A stretch of DNA of 38,475 nt. Origin: an uncultured Bacteriovoracaceae bacterium. Lineage in GTDB: Bacteria; Bdellovibrionota; UBA1018. Positions 1-8,307 of the stretch are shown here, piece after piece. The stretch is taken from NCBI GenBank assembly GCA_964395265.1, contig CAYNDM010000002.1:1-38475 (forward strand). The letters run 5' to 3'. The translations under genes and the position numbers were made by a program. Position 1 is the first letter of the stretch; every line of letters begins with the position of its first letter. Under the pieces are notes generated by a model that was not told the origin of the DNA, did not search any database, and saw only the letters and a list, made by a program, of their open reading frames with translations.

Positions 1-101
1 CTCAGATGTGCGGTATCCCGACAGGCAAGCTCAATGCCTATCTGATCAATAAGTGGGATCTGCCAGCGGCGATCCGATTGGGGTTCGCGACGATTTCATA
101 A
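1..101 (+). CDS. 3' end of an unidentified protein-coding gene (partial, runs off the left edge)
   Basis: Frame 3 is open from the window edge to TAA at 99-101 and reads ...QMCGIPTGKLNAYLINKWDLPAAIRLGFATIS*. Composition is protein-like and the gene is convergent with the next one. Too short to name. Confidence 0.3.
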   Translation, partial: QMCGIPTGKLNAYLINKWDLPAAIRLGFATIS

Positions 102-112
102 GATTGATCGAT

Positions 113-171
113 ACCGTCCCCGGGGAAAGCATATTTGGGGGATGGGGGGATAGGCTCACCCCGGGGACGGT
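113..171. repeat. Perfect 13-nt inverted repeat between convergent gene ends (possible bidirectional terminator-like hairpin)
   Basis: ACCGTCCCCGGGG (113-125) pairs with CCCCGGGGACGGT (159-171) across a 33-nt spacer. Each arm also contains the self-complementary CCCCGGGG. No clear U-tract follows on either strand. Confidence 0.45.
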
Positions 172-173
172 GA

Positions 174-1115
174 TCAGACCGGCAAGTCGTTGTCCTTGCG
201 CCGAATCCCGTATAGGGAAATCTTTTCGAGCAGCGTTTCCTTGTCCATACGGGTCATCCGGCAGGTTTTGTCGATCTGCCAGTCAAAACTCTTGAGCAAC
301 TCCGTGATGTAGATCTTTTCGAAAGCTTCGCGCGTGGCGCGAAAATCCAGTTTCTCGTGCCCGAATTTCGGAAAATCCGAGACCTCGATCCGGTCTCCCG
401 CGGCGGCGATCACAGCGATGCGAAGCACGTTCCTGAGCTCACGGATGTTTCCGGGCCAGTCATAATTCTTGAGAAGCTCCCAAGACCCGGGGCTCAAGCT
501 TCTGAGGTGCTCCTTGTGGACTTCGCGCGTGATCTCCCCGGTGATGCCCAGGACGATGTCCTCGAATTCCTCGGACCGTTGGTGCAGCGGAGGCATCTCG
601 AGCCTGAAGACGTTGAGCTTCTGAAGAAGGTCCGGGTTGAATAGCCCGGCGCGAGCGCGGGCTTCGAGGCCTTGGCTCGTGGCCGCCATGATCCGCGTGT
701 TCACGAGCATCGGCATCTTGGGATTCTCGGGGTGCGGAACCGTCTTGGTATTGAGAAAATTGAGAAGCGTTTTTTGCTCGGCCAGAGGCAGGCTCCCCAG
801 CTCTCCGATGAGGAGAGTACCTCCCTGGGCTTGACGAATCTGTTCCACCAAGCCGATATCCGGCGTAGCCACGATGAAGGGAAGGGTGGCGCGTGGGCCG
901 TTTTGGTGAATCCACTTTGCGATGGCGCCCTTACCCGTGCCGCTAGCCCCATGGATGAGTACAGGGGCCGTATCGGCTTGAGCTGCGATCAAGGCAAGGC
1001 GTCGCTGGCTGGGGGGAATAAAGTGGACCATTTCCATGGTCGGAGATCTAACGCGGTGCTTCTCTCTCGTCAAGCGACAAATGATTTCACTCGCAATACT
1101 TCTCAACATATGCAA
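174..1115 (-). CDS. NtrC/PspF-like AAA+ transcriptional regulator with C-terminal Fis-type HTH; no receiver domain; degenerate (no GAFTGA loop)
   Basis: Walker A is GASGTGKG. The WPGNIRELRNV motif typical of bacterial enhancer-binding proteins is present, as is a C-terminal HTH (..TRMDKETLLEKISLYGI). The segment that normally carries ESELFGHEKGAFTGA is absent (PFIVATPDIGLVEQIRQAQGGTLLIGELG), and Walker B DE is replaced by GE. The start could instead be the internal MEMVHF (about 1037). Confidence 0.75.
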   Translation of the reverse strand: MHMLRSIASEIICRLTREKHRVRSPTMEMVHFIPPSQRRLALIAAQADTAPVLIHGASGTGKGAIAKWIHQNGPRATLPFIVATPDIGLVEQIRQAQGGTLLIGELGSLPLAEQKTLLNFLNTKTVPHPENPKMPMLVNTRIMAATSQGLEARARAGLFNPDLLQKLNVFRLEMPPLHQRSEEFEDIVLGITGEITREVHKEHLRSLSPGSWELLKNYDWPGNIRELRNVLRIAVIAAAGDRIEVSDFPKFGHEKLDFRATREAFEKIYITELLKSFDWQIDKTCRMTRMDKETLLEKISLYGIRRKDNDLPV

Positions 1116-1132
1116 TAACGCTTAGCGTCATT

Positions 1133-2059
1133 ATGATTCATGTGCAGCGTAAGTATGAATTATTTGGAGAATTCCTGCGAGAAAACCGCAAGAAGCATCA
1201 TCGCTCGGCTCGTGGATTTTGTACGACGGTTGACCTAGGGATCAGTTATCCGCAGTACTCGCGCTACGAGGCCGGAGAGCAGCTCCCCAGCCTTGAACAG
1301 GTCCTCAAGATCGCGGACGCGCTTGAGGCTCCAGTCATGGACGCCGTGCAGGCCTGGAATCTCGCGCAGATCAGCGACGCCGATGCCCGCACGCGATTTC
1401 GTGAGCAGTGGCGACTTTCGAAAGCCTCCGAATCACGACCCGTTGAAGGCCCCGGCCATCCGGGCGCTCAGGGAGGGTTGAAGGAGGCGATGGCCCTGGA
1501 CGACGTCATCGTTTTCAATCGCGCGCATCTGAGGCTGTTTCAATCGGATCCGGCTTATCGTGATATCTTCACCGCGGTGAACTGCGCGAATGGCTGGGCT
1601 ACGGTTTCGGCGATCGCGCAGGCACTCCACATCGCGCCGGAGCGACTGCGGCCGATGCTTCTGGCTCTGAACGACCACGGGGTGATCGATCTCGATGGCG
1701 ATTATTGCAAGACCAGCAAGAGCAACTTTTACTTCCCCGACGACGCGGATTTCTTCGAGATCCGTAACCGAAACTTCATTTACGAAGCTCAATCCATTCT
1801 CGCGAATCTCAAGGCTCAGGATGTAGCCACCAAGCGTTCGTACCGAAGCCTCCTGACCCGCGACCTCAGCCATGCGCAGCTTCTCGCGGTGATCGAAAAA
1901 CTGGACTTAGTGATGGCGCAGGTTCTCGAGATGGAGCACTATGCGGATTCTGAGAGGATCTATTCGGTCTGTGCCCTGGTCGGGCCCAGATACAGCCGGG
2001 TGAGGGCCGAGCCATTTCGAACGCGGGCTCCGTCCCCTGCCGTCGACGCCCATCCATAG
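1133..2059 (+). CDS. XRE-family helix-turn-helix protein with a C-terminal winged-helix-like domain
   Basis: The N-terminus ..FLRENRKKHHRSARGFCTTVDLGISYPQYSRYEAGEQLPSLEQVLKIADALEAP fits the XRE/Cro HTH pattern. A later segment, WATVSAIAQALHIAPERLRPMLLALNDHGVIDL, looks like a wHTH. The gene is divergent from the AAA+ regulator. Confidence 0.6.
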   Translation: MIHVQRKYELFGEFLRENRKKHHRSARGFCTTVDLGISYPQYSRYEAGEQLPSLEQVLKIADALEAPVMDAVQAWNLAQISDADARTRFREQWRLSKASESRPVEGPGHPGAQGGLKEAMALDDVIVFNRAHLRLFQSDPAYRDIFTAVNCANGWATVSAIAQALHIAPERLRPMLLALNDHGVIDLDGDYCKTSKSNFYFPDDADFFEIRNRNFIYEAQSILANLKAQDVATKRSYRSLLTRDLSHAQLLAVIEKLDLVMAQVLEMEHYADSERIYSVCALVGPRYSRVRAEPFRTRAPSPAVDAHP

Positions 2060-2069
2060 AGGATAGTGT

Positions 2070-3269
2070 ATGCATCAAGTCATCAGTTTCATCGGACTCT
2101 GGATCCTGGTCGCTTTGGCATGGCTCATGTCGAGCCACAAGCGCCGCATGAACTGGAGGCTCATCCTGAGCGGAATCGGCCTGCAGCTTCTATTCGGCGT
2201 CCTCGTTCTCTGGACCACGCCAGGGAGGATTTTCTTCGATGCGGCCCGTGAGTTCATCACGAGAGTCATCAGTTTCTCGGACGCGGGGGCCGCCATGGTT
2301 TTCGGAGAGGGTTTCCGCGAGCATTTCTTCGCTTTTTCGGTGCTGCCGACCATCATCTTCGTATCATCGATGATGTCGGTCTTCTTCTACCTGGGCATCA
2401 TCCAAAAAGTGGTCGAAGCGATGGCTCGCGTGATGTGCAAGGTAATGGACGTGTCCGGATCCGAATCGCTCGCCGCCAGCGCCAACGTCTTCGTTGGACA
2501 GACCGAAGCTCCGCTGGTGATCAAGCCGTATATCGCCACGATGACGAATTCGGAGCTGATGGCGCTCATGGTGGGCGGAATGGCCACGATCGCGGGAGGA
2601 GTGATGGCCGCGTACGTGAGCTTCGGGGCCGATCCCGGGCATCTTCTCGCCGCATCGCTCATGGCGGCGCCCGCGGCGCTCGTGATCGCCAAGATCATGG
2701 AGCCCGAGACGAAGGAGTCGCTGACCAAGGGCCACGTCAAAGTGGAAGTGGAGATGCAGGATGCGAACGTCCTGGACGCGGCATGCAGAGGAGCCTCCGA
2801 GGGGCTCAACCTCGCTGCCAACGTGGCGGCGATGTTGATCGCTTTCGTGGCGATCGCGGCGCTGATCAATTATTTTTTCGGGCTTCTTCCCGAAGTGGGT
2901 GGAGCTCCGCTCAGCGTCGAGCGGATCCTGGGTTGGACATTCGCTCCGGTCGCGTGGATCATGGGCGTGCCTTGGGCTGACGCCGACGACGTGGGCATGT
3001 TGCTCGGCAAGAAGATGTTTCTCAACGAATTCATCGCTTACATGGATTTGAGCAAGATGAAGGGCGTGATCTCGGAGCGCTCGTTCACGATCGCCACCTA
3101 CGCGCTATGCGGGTTCTCGAACTTCGCTTCGATCGCGATCCAGATCGGTGGAATCGGAGCGCTGGTACCCTCGCGACGCAAGGATCTGGCTCGCTTGGGC
3201 TTCAGAGCGATGCTGGGCGGGACCATCGCTTGCATGATGACGGGAGCCATCGCGGGAATTCTGATTTGA
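2070..3269 (+). CDS. nupC: Concentrative nucleoside transporter, NupC/CNT family
   Basis: 399-aa polytopic membrane protein with a CNT-like N-terminus and the family signature around GKKMFLNEFIAYMDL (NEF[IV]AY). Confidence 0.85.
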   Translation: MHQVISFIGLWILVALAWLMSSHKRRMNWRLILSGIGLQLLFGVLVLWTTPGRIFFDAAREFITRVISFSDAGAAMVFGEGFREHFFAFSVLPTIIFVSSMMSVFFYLGIIQKVVEAMARVMCKVMDVSGSESLAASANVFVGQTEAPLVIKPYIATMTNSELMALMVGGMATIAGGVMAAYVSFGADPGHLLAASLMAAPAALVIAKIMEPETKESLTKGHVKVEVEMQDANVLDAACRGASEGLNLAANVAAMLIAFVAIAALINYFFGLLPEVGGAPLSVERILGWTFAPVAWIMGVPWADADDVGMLLGKKMFLNEFIAYMDLSKMKGVISERSFTIATYALCGFSNFASIAIQIGGIGALVPSRRKDLARLGFRAMLGGTIACMMTGAIAGILI

Positions 3270-3303
3270 CGCGCTGAAAACCCCTCCTTTACACTGGTTC
3301 TAT

Positions 3304-4074
3304 ATGAGAAAAATCCAGGCGGGTGAATGGAGCGCGATTGCGGCGGGATTTGCTTCGGGCGGGTGGGCGACAACTGCGCTCGCGTTGCCAGGTCTCGATA
3401 CCACGACCCTCGATGCCTTGCAGGCTTCGATGGTGGAGTCGCTCGTCAAAACCGTGGCGATCGGAGCTGACCATCGCGCTTATGAGCCAGCGAGCCCGCT
3501 CGGATACGTGATTGGCCTGGACGTCGGCGTCGATGCGACCGTCATGAGTCTCCCCGACGACTTCAAGGAAGCTTTGACAGTGGCGGGAGCCGGGACCAAC
3601 GTTCCCGACGTGATTCCGTTGCCCAGGCTCAATATCCACAAGGGGCTTCCCTGGGGCGTGGACCTCGGGTTCACCTATGCGGGCTTTCAGGGCAATAGCC
3701 TCATTGGCGGGGATATCAAGTGGGCGTTCCTTCCCGGCAACGCAGCCAGGCCCTCGGTCGACGCTCGAGTGAGCTATTCCTCCTCCAATCTGTTCTTCCT
3801 GAAGACGAAGACCGCCAAAGTCGACGTGCTGGCCTCGAAGAAGCTAGGTTGGGTTCTGGATCCTTATGTCGGCATGGGGATGCAGTTCGCCTCAGGGGAG
3901 ATTCAGGTTCCCGTGGGCCAGAGCCTGTCCGTTTCAGGATCCCATTCCGCATCGGCATTTCATATGTACGCGGGCCTGCCGATCAAGCTGGCGTTCGTCA
4001 AGCTCACGGCTGAATACGATTACAGCTTCATCGGAATGTCGAGCTTCGGTGCGAAATTCTCTCTCTCTTTCTAA
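3304..4074 (+). CDS. Putative outer-membrane beta-barrel protein
   Basis: There is an N-terminal signal-like segment (..AAGFASGGWATTALA). Alternating Gly/aromatic beta-strand patterns follow, and the protein ends ..FGAKFSLSF (terminal Phe typical of OMPs). Confidence 0.55.
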   Translation: MRKIQAGEWSAIAAGFASGGWATTALALPGLDTTTLDALQASMVESLVKTVAIGADHRAYEPASPLGYVIGLDVGVDATVMSLPDDFKEALTVAGAGTNVPDVIPLPRLNIHKGLPWGVDLGFTYAGFQGNSLIGGDIKWAFLPGNAARPSVDARVSYSSSNLFFLKTKTAKVDVLASKKLGWVLDPYVGMGMQFASGEIQVPVGQSLSVSGSHSASAFHMYAGLPIKLAFVKLTAEYDYSFIGMSSFGAKFSLSF

Positions 4075-4945
4075 GCTGCTCCTGATCATGGCCTGCTCCT
4101 CGCAATTCGTGGGCTGCGGGGGCTACTGGTCCTCTTATCGCTCCTTCAAAGCGAGGCTCCAGGCCGAGTGGGACGCTCTTCAGCTCGTTCTTACGGGGGG
4201 AAGGAGCCCGCTTCAGGACAAAAAAACCAAGCCATCTGACGCGCATCCGTTCAGGAAGAATGCCGAGCTTCTGCGCGAGATTTTCGTCGTGGTCTTCGAG
4301 AGGCAGCCCGAGGATCGCCAGGCGTTCGGCGAGTACGTGGATTCGATGAATCAGGGTGCCTCTCTCGAAGGACTCTATAATGGTTTCACCCATTCGTCGT
4401 TCTACAGGGAGCTCGAGTCCGATCATCCCGGGTCGACCGCCGAAGCGCTTTCGGTCTTCGCCGAGGAGCTGCTCAGGATCCAGGCTGAGCTGAAAGCGCC
4501 CACTCGCTTCAACCGTTCGATGGCAAATCCCCTGCCGCGCGCCGTGCAGCCAGGGCAGTCGCCGCAGGTACCGGCTCGCCCGGCCCCGGCCAAAACAGGC
4601 ACGGGCTCCTTCAAAGGCGAGATCAGTCGGGAGGCAATTCACGAGGTGAAAAGGACTTTCGGTGGGGCCTCGTATTACACGTTGAAACGGATCCTGGGCG
4701 ACGAGGCTTTGCTTCTGATCGCCGAGAAGAGCTCGGATCCGGAGGCTCTGGCCGAGTGGTACGCGAACTGGGTCGTGAGACTGGTGGGCAAGGGCGTGGA
4801 TTTCGGGCTGGGCCCACGAAATCGCGCGGACGTGGAGTTTCACAGATCCTGGGCCCGGACGGCAGGGCAGGATCGCCTGACCTGGGAAGTGCTGAACCGC
4901 GTTCACCGCGTCATCAATCACGCGCAAAAGATCAAGAAACGCTGA
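4049..4945 (+). CDS. Hypothetical protein, possibly a lipoprotein
   Basis: Sensible composition, unlike the Arg-rich antisense ORF 4028..4996. A GTG at 4049 gives MRNSLSLSKLLLIMAC.. (short signal plus lipobox-like LIMAC / FVGC). The alternative ATG is at 4088. The upstream part of the track ORF (from 3866) overlaps the previous gene and is rejected. Confidence 0.5.
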   Translation: MRNSLSLSKLLLIMACSSQFVGCGGYWSSYRSFKARLQAEWDALQLVLTGGRSPLQDKKTKPSDAHPFRKNAELLREIFVVVFERQPEDRQAFGEYVDSMNQGASLEGLYNGFTHSSFYRELESDHPGSTAEALSVFAEELLRIQAELKAPTRFNRSMANPLPRAVQPGQSPQVPARPAPAKTGTGSFKGEISREAIHEVKRTFGGASYYTLKRILGDEALLLIAEKSSDPEALAEWYANWVVRLVGKGVDFGLGPRNRADVEFHRSWARTAGQDRLTWEVLNRVHRVINHAQKIKKR

Positions 4946-5011
4946 GACATCAGGAACACGGAGGCGGAACCCGGCCCACCGGCCAAGCCGAGTCACCCAA
5001 GCCAGTCCAAG

Positions 5012-6373
5012 CTAAGCGAAGAAATCCTTGGGGAGGTCGATCCCCGAGTCCCGAAGCCTTTCGGCAAAGGTGGGGACCATGCCGGTCATCTGGATTCGAT
5101 CGTTCTCGGCCTCGTAGAGAAAAAGATCCTGGATGGTGATGGTCTCACCCTCCATTCCGGTCACCTCGGCCACATGCACGATCCTACGCTTGCCGCTCCG
5201 CAAGCGCTTGACGTGGATGAGCAGGTCGAGTGCGCTCGCGATCTGTTTGCGGATCGCCTTGAGCGGGACATCAACGCCGGACATCATGCATAAGGTCTCG
5301 ATTCTCGCCAGTGCGTCGCGCGGGGAGTTGGCGTGCACGGTGGTCATCGCGCCCGAGTGGCCCGTGTTCATGGCCTGGAGCATGTCGAGCGATTCACCTT
5401 TTCGGCATTCTCCGATGATGATGCGGTCAGGCCTCATTCTTAGGGAGTTGGCGACCAGATCGCGGGCGCTGATCGCCGGGCTCAGAGGCGTGTGCAGCTT
5501 GGTCTGCATTCTCACGCTATTGGGCAGGGCGAGCATCAGCTCGGGGGTGTCTTCGATCGTCACCACCCGCTCGTGGGCGGGCACGAAACCGAGAAGAGCG
5601 CCGAGGAGCGATGTCTTTCCGCTTCCGGTTCCGCCCGAGATCAGGATGTTCATTCTTCCTTGGACGCTGTACCCGAGAAACATCGCCAGCTTTTGGTCCA
5701 GCATCCCACGGGCGATCAGATCACTGGCCGATAGGTGTCGCGCGGGGAACTTGCGGATGGTGATGCTGGGGCCGGTCAGGGTCACGGGAGCAATGACGAT
5801 ATTGACACGCGACCCGTCCGGGAGCGTGGCATCCAGGTAAGGAATCTCTGGGCTGATAACCCTGCCGACAACCTCGCAGATGATTCCGATCGCGCGATAG
5901 ACTTCGTCGTTCGACGCGAATCCCGCTTGCGTCGTGATCATTTTTCCTTCGCGTTCGACGATGATGCTCCGCGTGTCGTTCACCATGATCTCGCTGACCG
6001 TGGGGTCGGCTAGAAACGGGTCGAGAGGGCCCAGTGAGGGAAGCTTTTGGCGAGGGGACGCCTTGTTGCGAGCGGTCGCCGCACCCGTGTTCAAAGTGGG
6101 GGGCGTCCCGGAACTCGGAACGGTCGCCATGCCTGTGTTCGAAACGGCTGGCGCGTTCGCTTGGGGCTTCGAAAACCGGCCTGGCTCTGACCCGTTGGGG
6201 GGTTCGAAATGAGGATCGGTTTGGTCATCGGCTCCGTCATCGATGATGATCGTCCGCACCGGTTGGTGAGGGGGAGCCGGAGGAGTCGGGCCCGATGGCA
6301 CTGGTTTCAAAGTCGACCCAGTCGATCCAGGAGTGGGAGGCCGGTTTTTTTTTCGAGCGGGATCCTGGCTCAT
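5012..6373 (-). CDS. cpaF: CpaF/TadA-family type II/IV secretion ATPase (Flp/Tad pilus-type) with a long Pro-rich N-terminal extension
   Basis: Walker A ISGGTGSGKTSLLGAL, then ERVVTIEDTPEL, IIIGECRKGESLDMLQAMNTGHSG, and His-box TTVHANS. About 120 N-terminal residues are Pro/Thr/Ala-rich and low complexity. Confidence 0.85.
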   Translation of the reverse strand: MSQDPARKKNRPPTPGSTGSTLKPVPSGPTPPAPPHQPVRTIIIDDGADDQTDPHFEPPNGSEPGRFSKPQANAPAVSNTGMATVPSSGTPPTLNTGAATARNKASPRQKLPSLGPLDPFLADPTVSEIMVNDTRSIIVEREGKMITTQAGFASNDEVYRAIGIICEVVGRVISPEIPYLDATLPDGSRVNIVIAPVTLTGPSITIRKFPARHLSASDLIARGMLDQKLAMFLGYSVQGRMNILISGGTGSGKTSLLGALLGFVPAHERVVTIEDTPELMLALPNSVRMQTKLHTPLSPAISARDLVANSLRMRPDRIIIGECRKGESLDMLQAMNTGHSGAMTTVHANSPRDALARIETLCMMSGVDVPLKAIRKQIASALDLLIHVKRLRSGKRRIVHVAEVTGMEGETITIQDLFLYEAENDRIQMTGMVPTFAERLRDSGIDLPKDFFA

Positions 6374-6491
6374 CTCATCTTTAACGGTAGCATGGAGATC
6401 CTCGCCGCGCCTTCGGCAAGTTTTGCCGGGAGGATCGCCTGTCTCGGGGAAAGCGTCCTTCCGGGAAAAGCTTCGTTGCTGATTTCCAGCT

Positions 6492-6620
6492 TTATCGCGC
6501 GTCGATCAGCGTGGGCGGCACGGGCTGATTGGCGTCGGGGAAATGAAGGGTTTCGATGATGGACCCAGGTCCCACTCCGGACACTTCTCCTTGCCTCCCC
6601 TTCACCTCGATCTGGCTCAT
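6492..6620 (-). CDS. Candidate small ORF (42 aa) upstream of cpaF
   Basis: Not in the ORF track because it is under 60 aa. ATG at 6620 is preceded by GAAAGGAAA, and the ORF reads MSQIEVKGRQGEVSGVGPGSIIETLHFPDANQPVPPTLIDAR*. No recognisable family. Confidence 0.25.
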   Translation of the reverse strand: MSQIEVKGRQGEVSGVGPGSIIETLHFPDANQPVPPTLIDAR

Positions 6621-6678
6621 TTTCCTTTCGCCAGAGGTCGCGTCGCTTGATGGGGAGGACCGAACTTCTTACATCAAG

Positions 6679-7173
6679 CTATCTATCCGCTCCGGCGTCG
6701 AGATAACGAAGCGACGGAACTTCTCCTCGGCATTTTTTGCTGGCCAAATCATATGCCGGCCCGAAGCCGGGAATTCGCGCCTGGCAGGTCGCTCGAACAT
6801 CCTCTCCGATGTCGCCTGGGATCGACGGATCCTCTTCGAGCGCGACGAAGCGTTCGGCCAGCTTCGGGATTTCGACCTCGATCTCCTTGAAGGATTCGGC
6901 AATAGGCTCCTTGTACTCGGGGTTTCTCTGGGCCCCAATCAGGTCATCGAGTTTGCGGTGGCAGTCGGCGATCTGCTCAGGCTCCGCCACGAGCGGAGCT
7001 GGCTTGGCCGGGCTCTGAATGCGCTTGCTGATATCAGCAGCCTTGACGCTGGCGTCAGCGGGAGGCTCCTGTGCCGCGAGATCCCCGGCCCAAAGGGCGA
7101 GGGATGCCATCCCCGCGGTCGCGAACGAGACACGAAGCCACCAGCGCGTATCGATGTATGCCATAACCTTCAT
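6679..7173 (-). CDS. Hypothetical secreted/periplasmic protein
   Basis: MKVMAYIDTRWWLRVSFATAGMASLALWAGDLAAQ.. is a plausible signal peptide. The track ORF begins at a TTG (7200); I prefer the ATG at 7173. The antisense ORF 6556..7215 has poorer composition. Confidence 0.5.
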   Translation of the reverse strand: MKVMAYIDTRWWLRVSFATAGMASLALWAGDLAAQEPPADASVKAADISKRIQSPAKPAPLVAEPEQIADCHRKLDDLIGAQRNPEYKEPIAESFKEIEVEIPKLAERFVALEEDPSIPGDIGEDVRATCQARIPGFGPAYDLASKKCRGEVPSLRYLDAGADR

Positions 7174-7222
7174 CTTTACCGTGTTTATCGGCGCGGACAA
7201 CTGTGTTACGGGTGACGCAGTC

Positions 7223-8194
7223 GTGAGAAAGCTGTCGTTCAGGGCATTGCCCCAGCATCAAGGAGTCCGCCTCGACCAGCTGCTCGCGGAGTGGCTTCCC
7301 GAGGCGTTACAGCAGCCTGTATCCAAAGGGAAGGTCCGCAAGCTGATCGTGGCCGGCGCCGTGTATCTGAATGGCAAGAGGGTGCGTATCGCCTCGAAAG
7401 CGCTGATTCCAGGGGCCAGGATCGAGGTCTACGTCGACGAGAAGAAGCTCTTTTCGGACGAACGGGGCAAGGATCAGCCTTTCGTGATGAGCGAGTCCCG
7501 AATTCTCTTCGAAGACGAGCATCTGATAGTAGTCGATAAGCCGCCCGGGCTGCCTACGCAACCGACCTTGGATGAGGCACGCGACAACCTCTTCGCGTCC
7601 TTGAAAAAGTTTCTGTCCCAGCGCGCGGGAGGCGATGTCTACCTGGGCCTGCATCATCGCCTGGATCGGGACACTTCAGGGGTGGTGCTCTTCACCAAAG
7701 CCAAGGAAGCCAATGCCGGGGTATCGGATCTTTTCGCCTCCCATCGCGCGATCAAGATCTATCAGGCTCTGGTCGCGCTTCCCGCCGGGCGCGTGTCTCC
7801 TGATGAATGGGTCGTCGAAAATTACCTAGGGCGGGCCAAGGGCACAGGCAAGCGGACCGTCTTCACGTCGGTGCGGTCGGGCGGGGATTTCGCCCGGACG
7901 GATTTCAGGCTCGTCGAGAAACTCAGGGCCGCCGTCTGGGTCGAGGCGCGTCCTAAGACGGGAAGGACCCATCAGATCCGCGTTCACCTTTCAGAAGGCG
8001 GGTATCCCATTCTTGGAGACTCCACTTATGGAGGAAAGGGACCAGGCATCCCAGTTGTGCCTCGCCTCATGCTTCATGCATCCAGCTTGATCTTCCCCCA
8101 TCCGATCACTCGCGCCGAAATCCATGTTCAAAGCCCGCTACCCGATGATTTCAGCCGATGCCTGCAGGGGCTCAGGCCGTCTCGGCCCGAGTGA
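7223..8194 (+). CDS. RluA-family 23S rRNA pseudouridine synthase (RluC/RluD-like, with N-terminal S4 domain)
   Basis: Catalytic motif HRLDRDTSGVVLF, plus GRTHQIRVHL and S4-like RLDQLLAEWLP...KGKVRKLIVAGAVYLNGKR. The GTG at 7223 is chosen because the longer ORF (7019) overlaps the divergent upstream gene. Confidence 0.8.
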   Translation: MRKLSFRALPQHQGVRLDQLLAEWLPEALQQPVSKGKVRKLIVAGAVYLNGKRVRIASKALIPGARIEVYVDEKKLFSDERGKDQPFVMSESRILFEDEHLIVVDKPPGLPTQPTLDEARDNLFASLKKFLSQRAGGDVYLGLHHRLDRDTSGVVLFTKAKEANAGVSDLFASHRAIKIYQALVALPAGRVSPDEWVVENYLGRAKGTGKRTVFTSVRSGGDFARTDFRLVEKLRAAVWVEARPKTGRTHQIRVHLSEGGYPILGDSTYGGKGPGIPVVPRLMLHASSLIFPHPITRAEIHVQSPLPDDFSRCLQGLRPSRPE

Positions 8195-8307
8195 GGGATT
8201 GAAGGAGGATCGAGGGCCTGGCAGCGGCGCGCTTATGCGAGGCCCGTTCGCGCGACGTCGTGATCGCGTGAGGATTCGCCGCCGCGTTCGTGCGCGGTGG
8301 CGCGCGT

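Noticed and set aside
4028-4996. 322-aa minus-strand ORF opposite the 4049..4945 gene
   Set aside because: It is very Arg-rich and irregular. The plus-strand frame has balanced composition and a plausible lipoprotein-like N-terminus.
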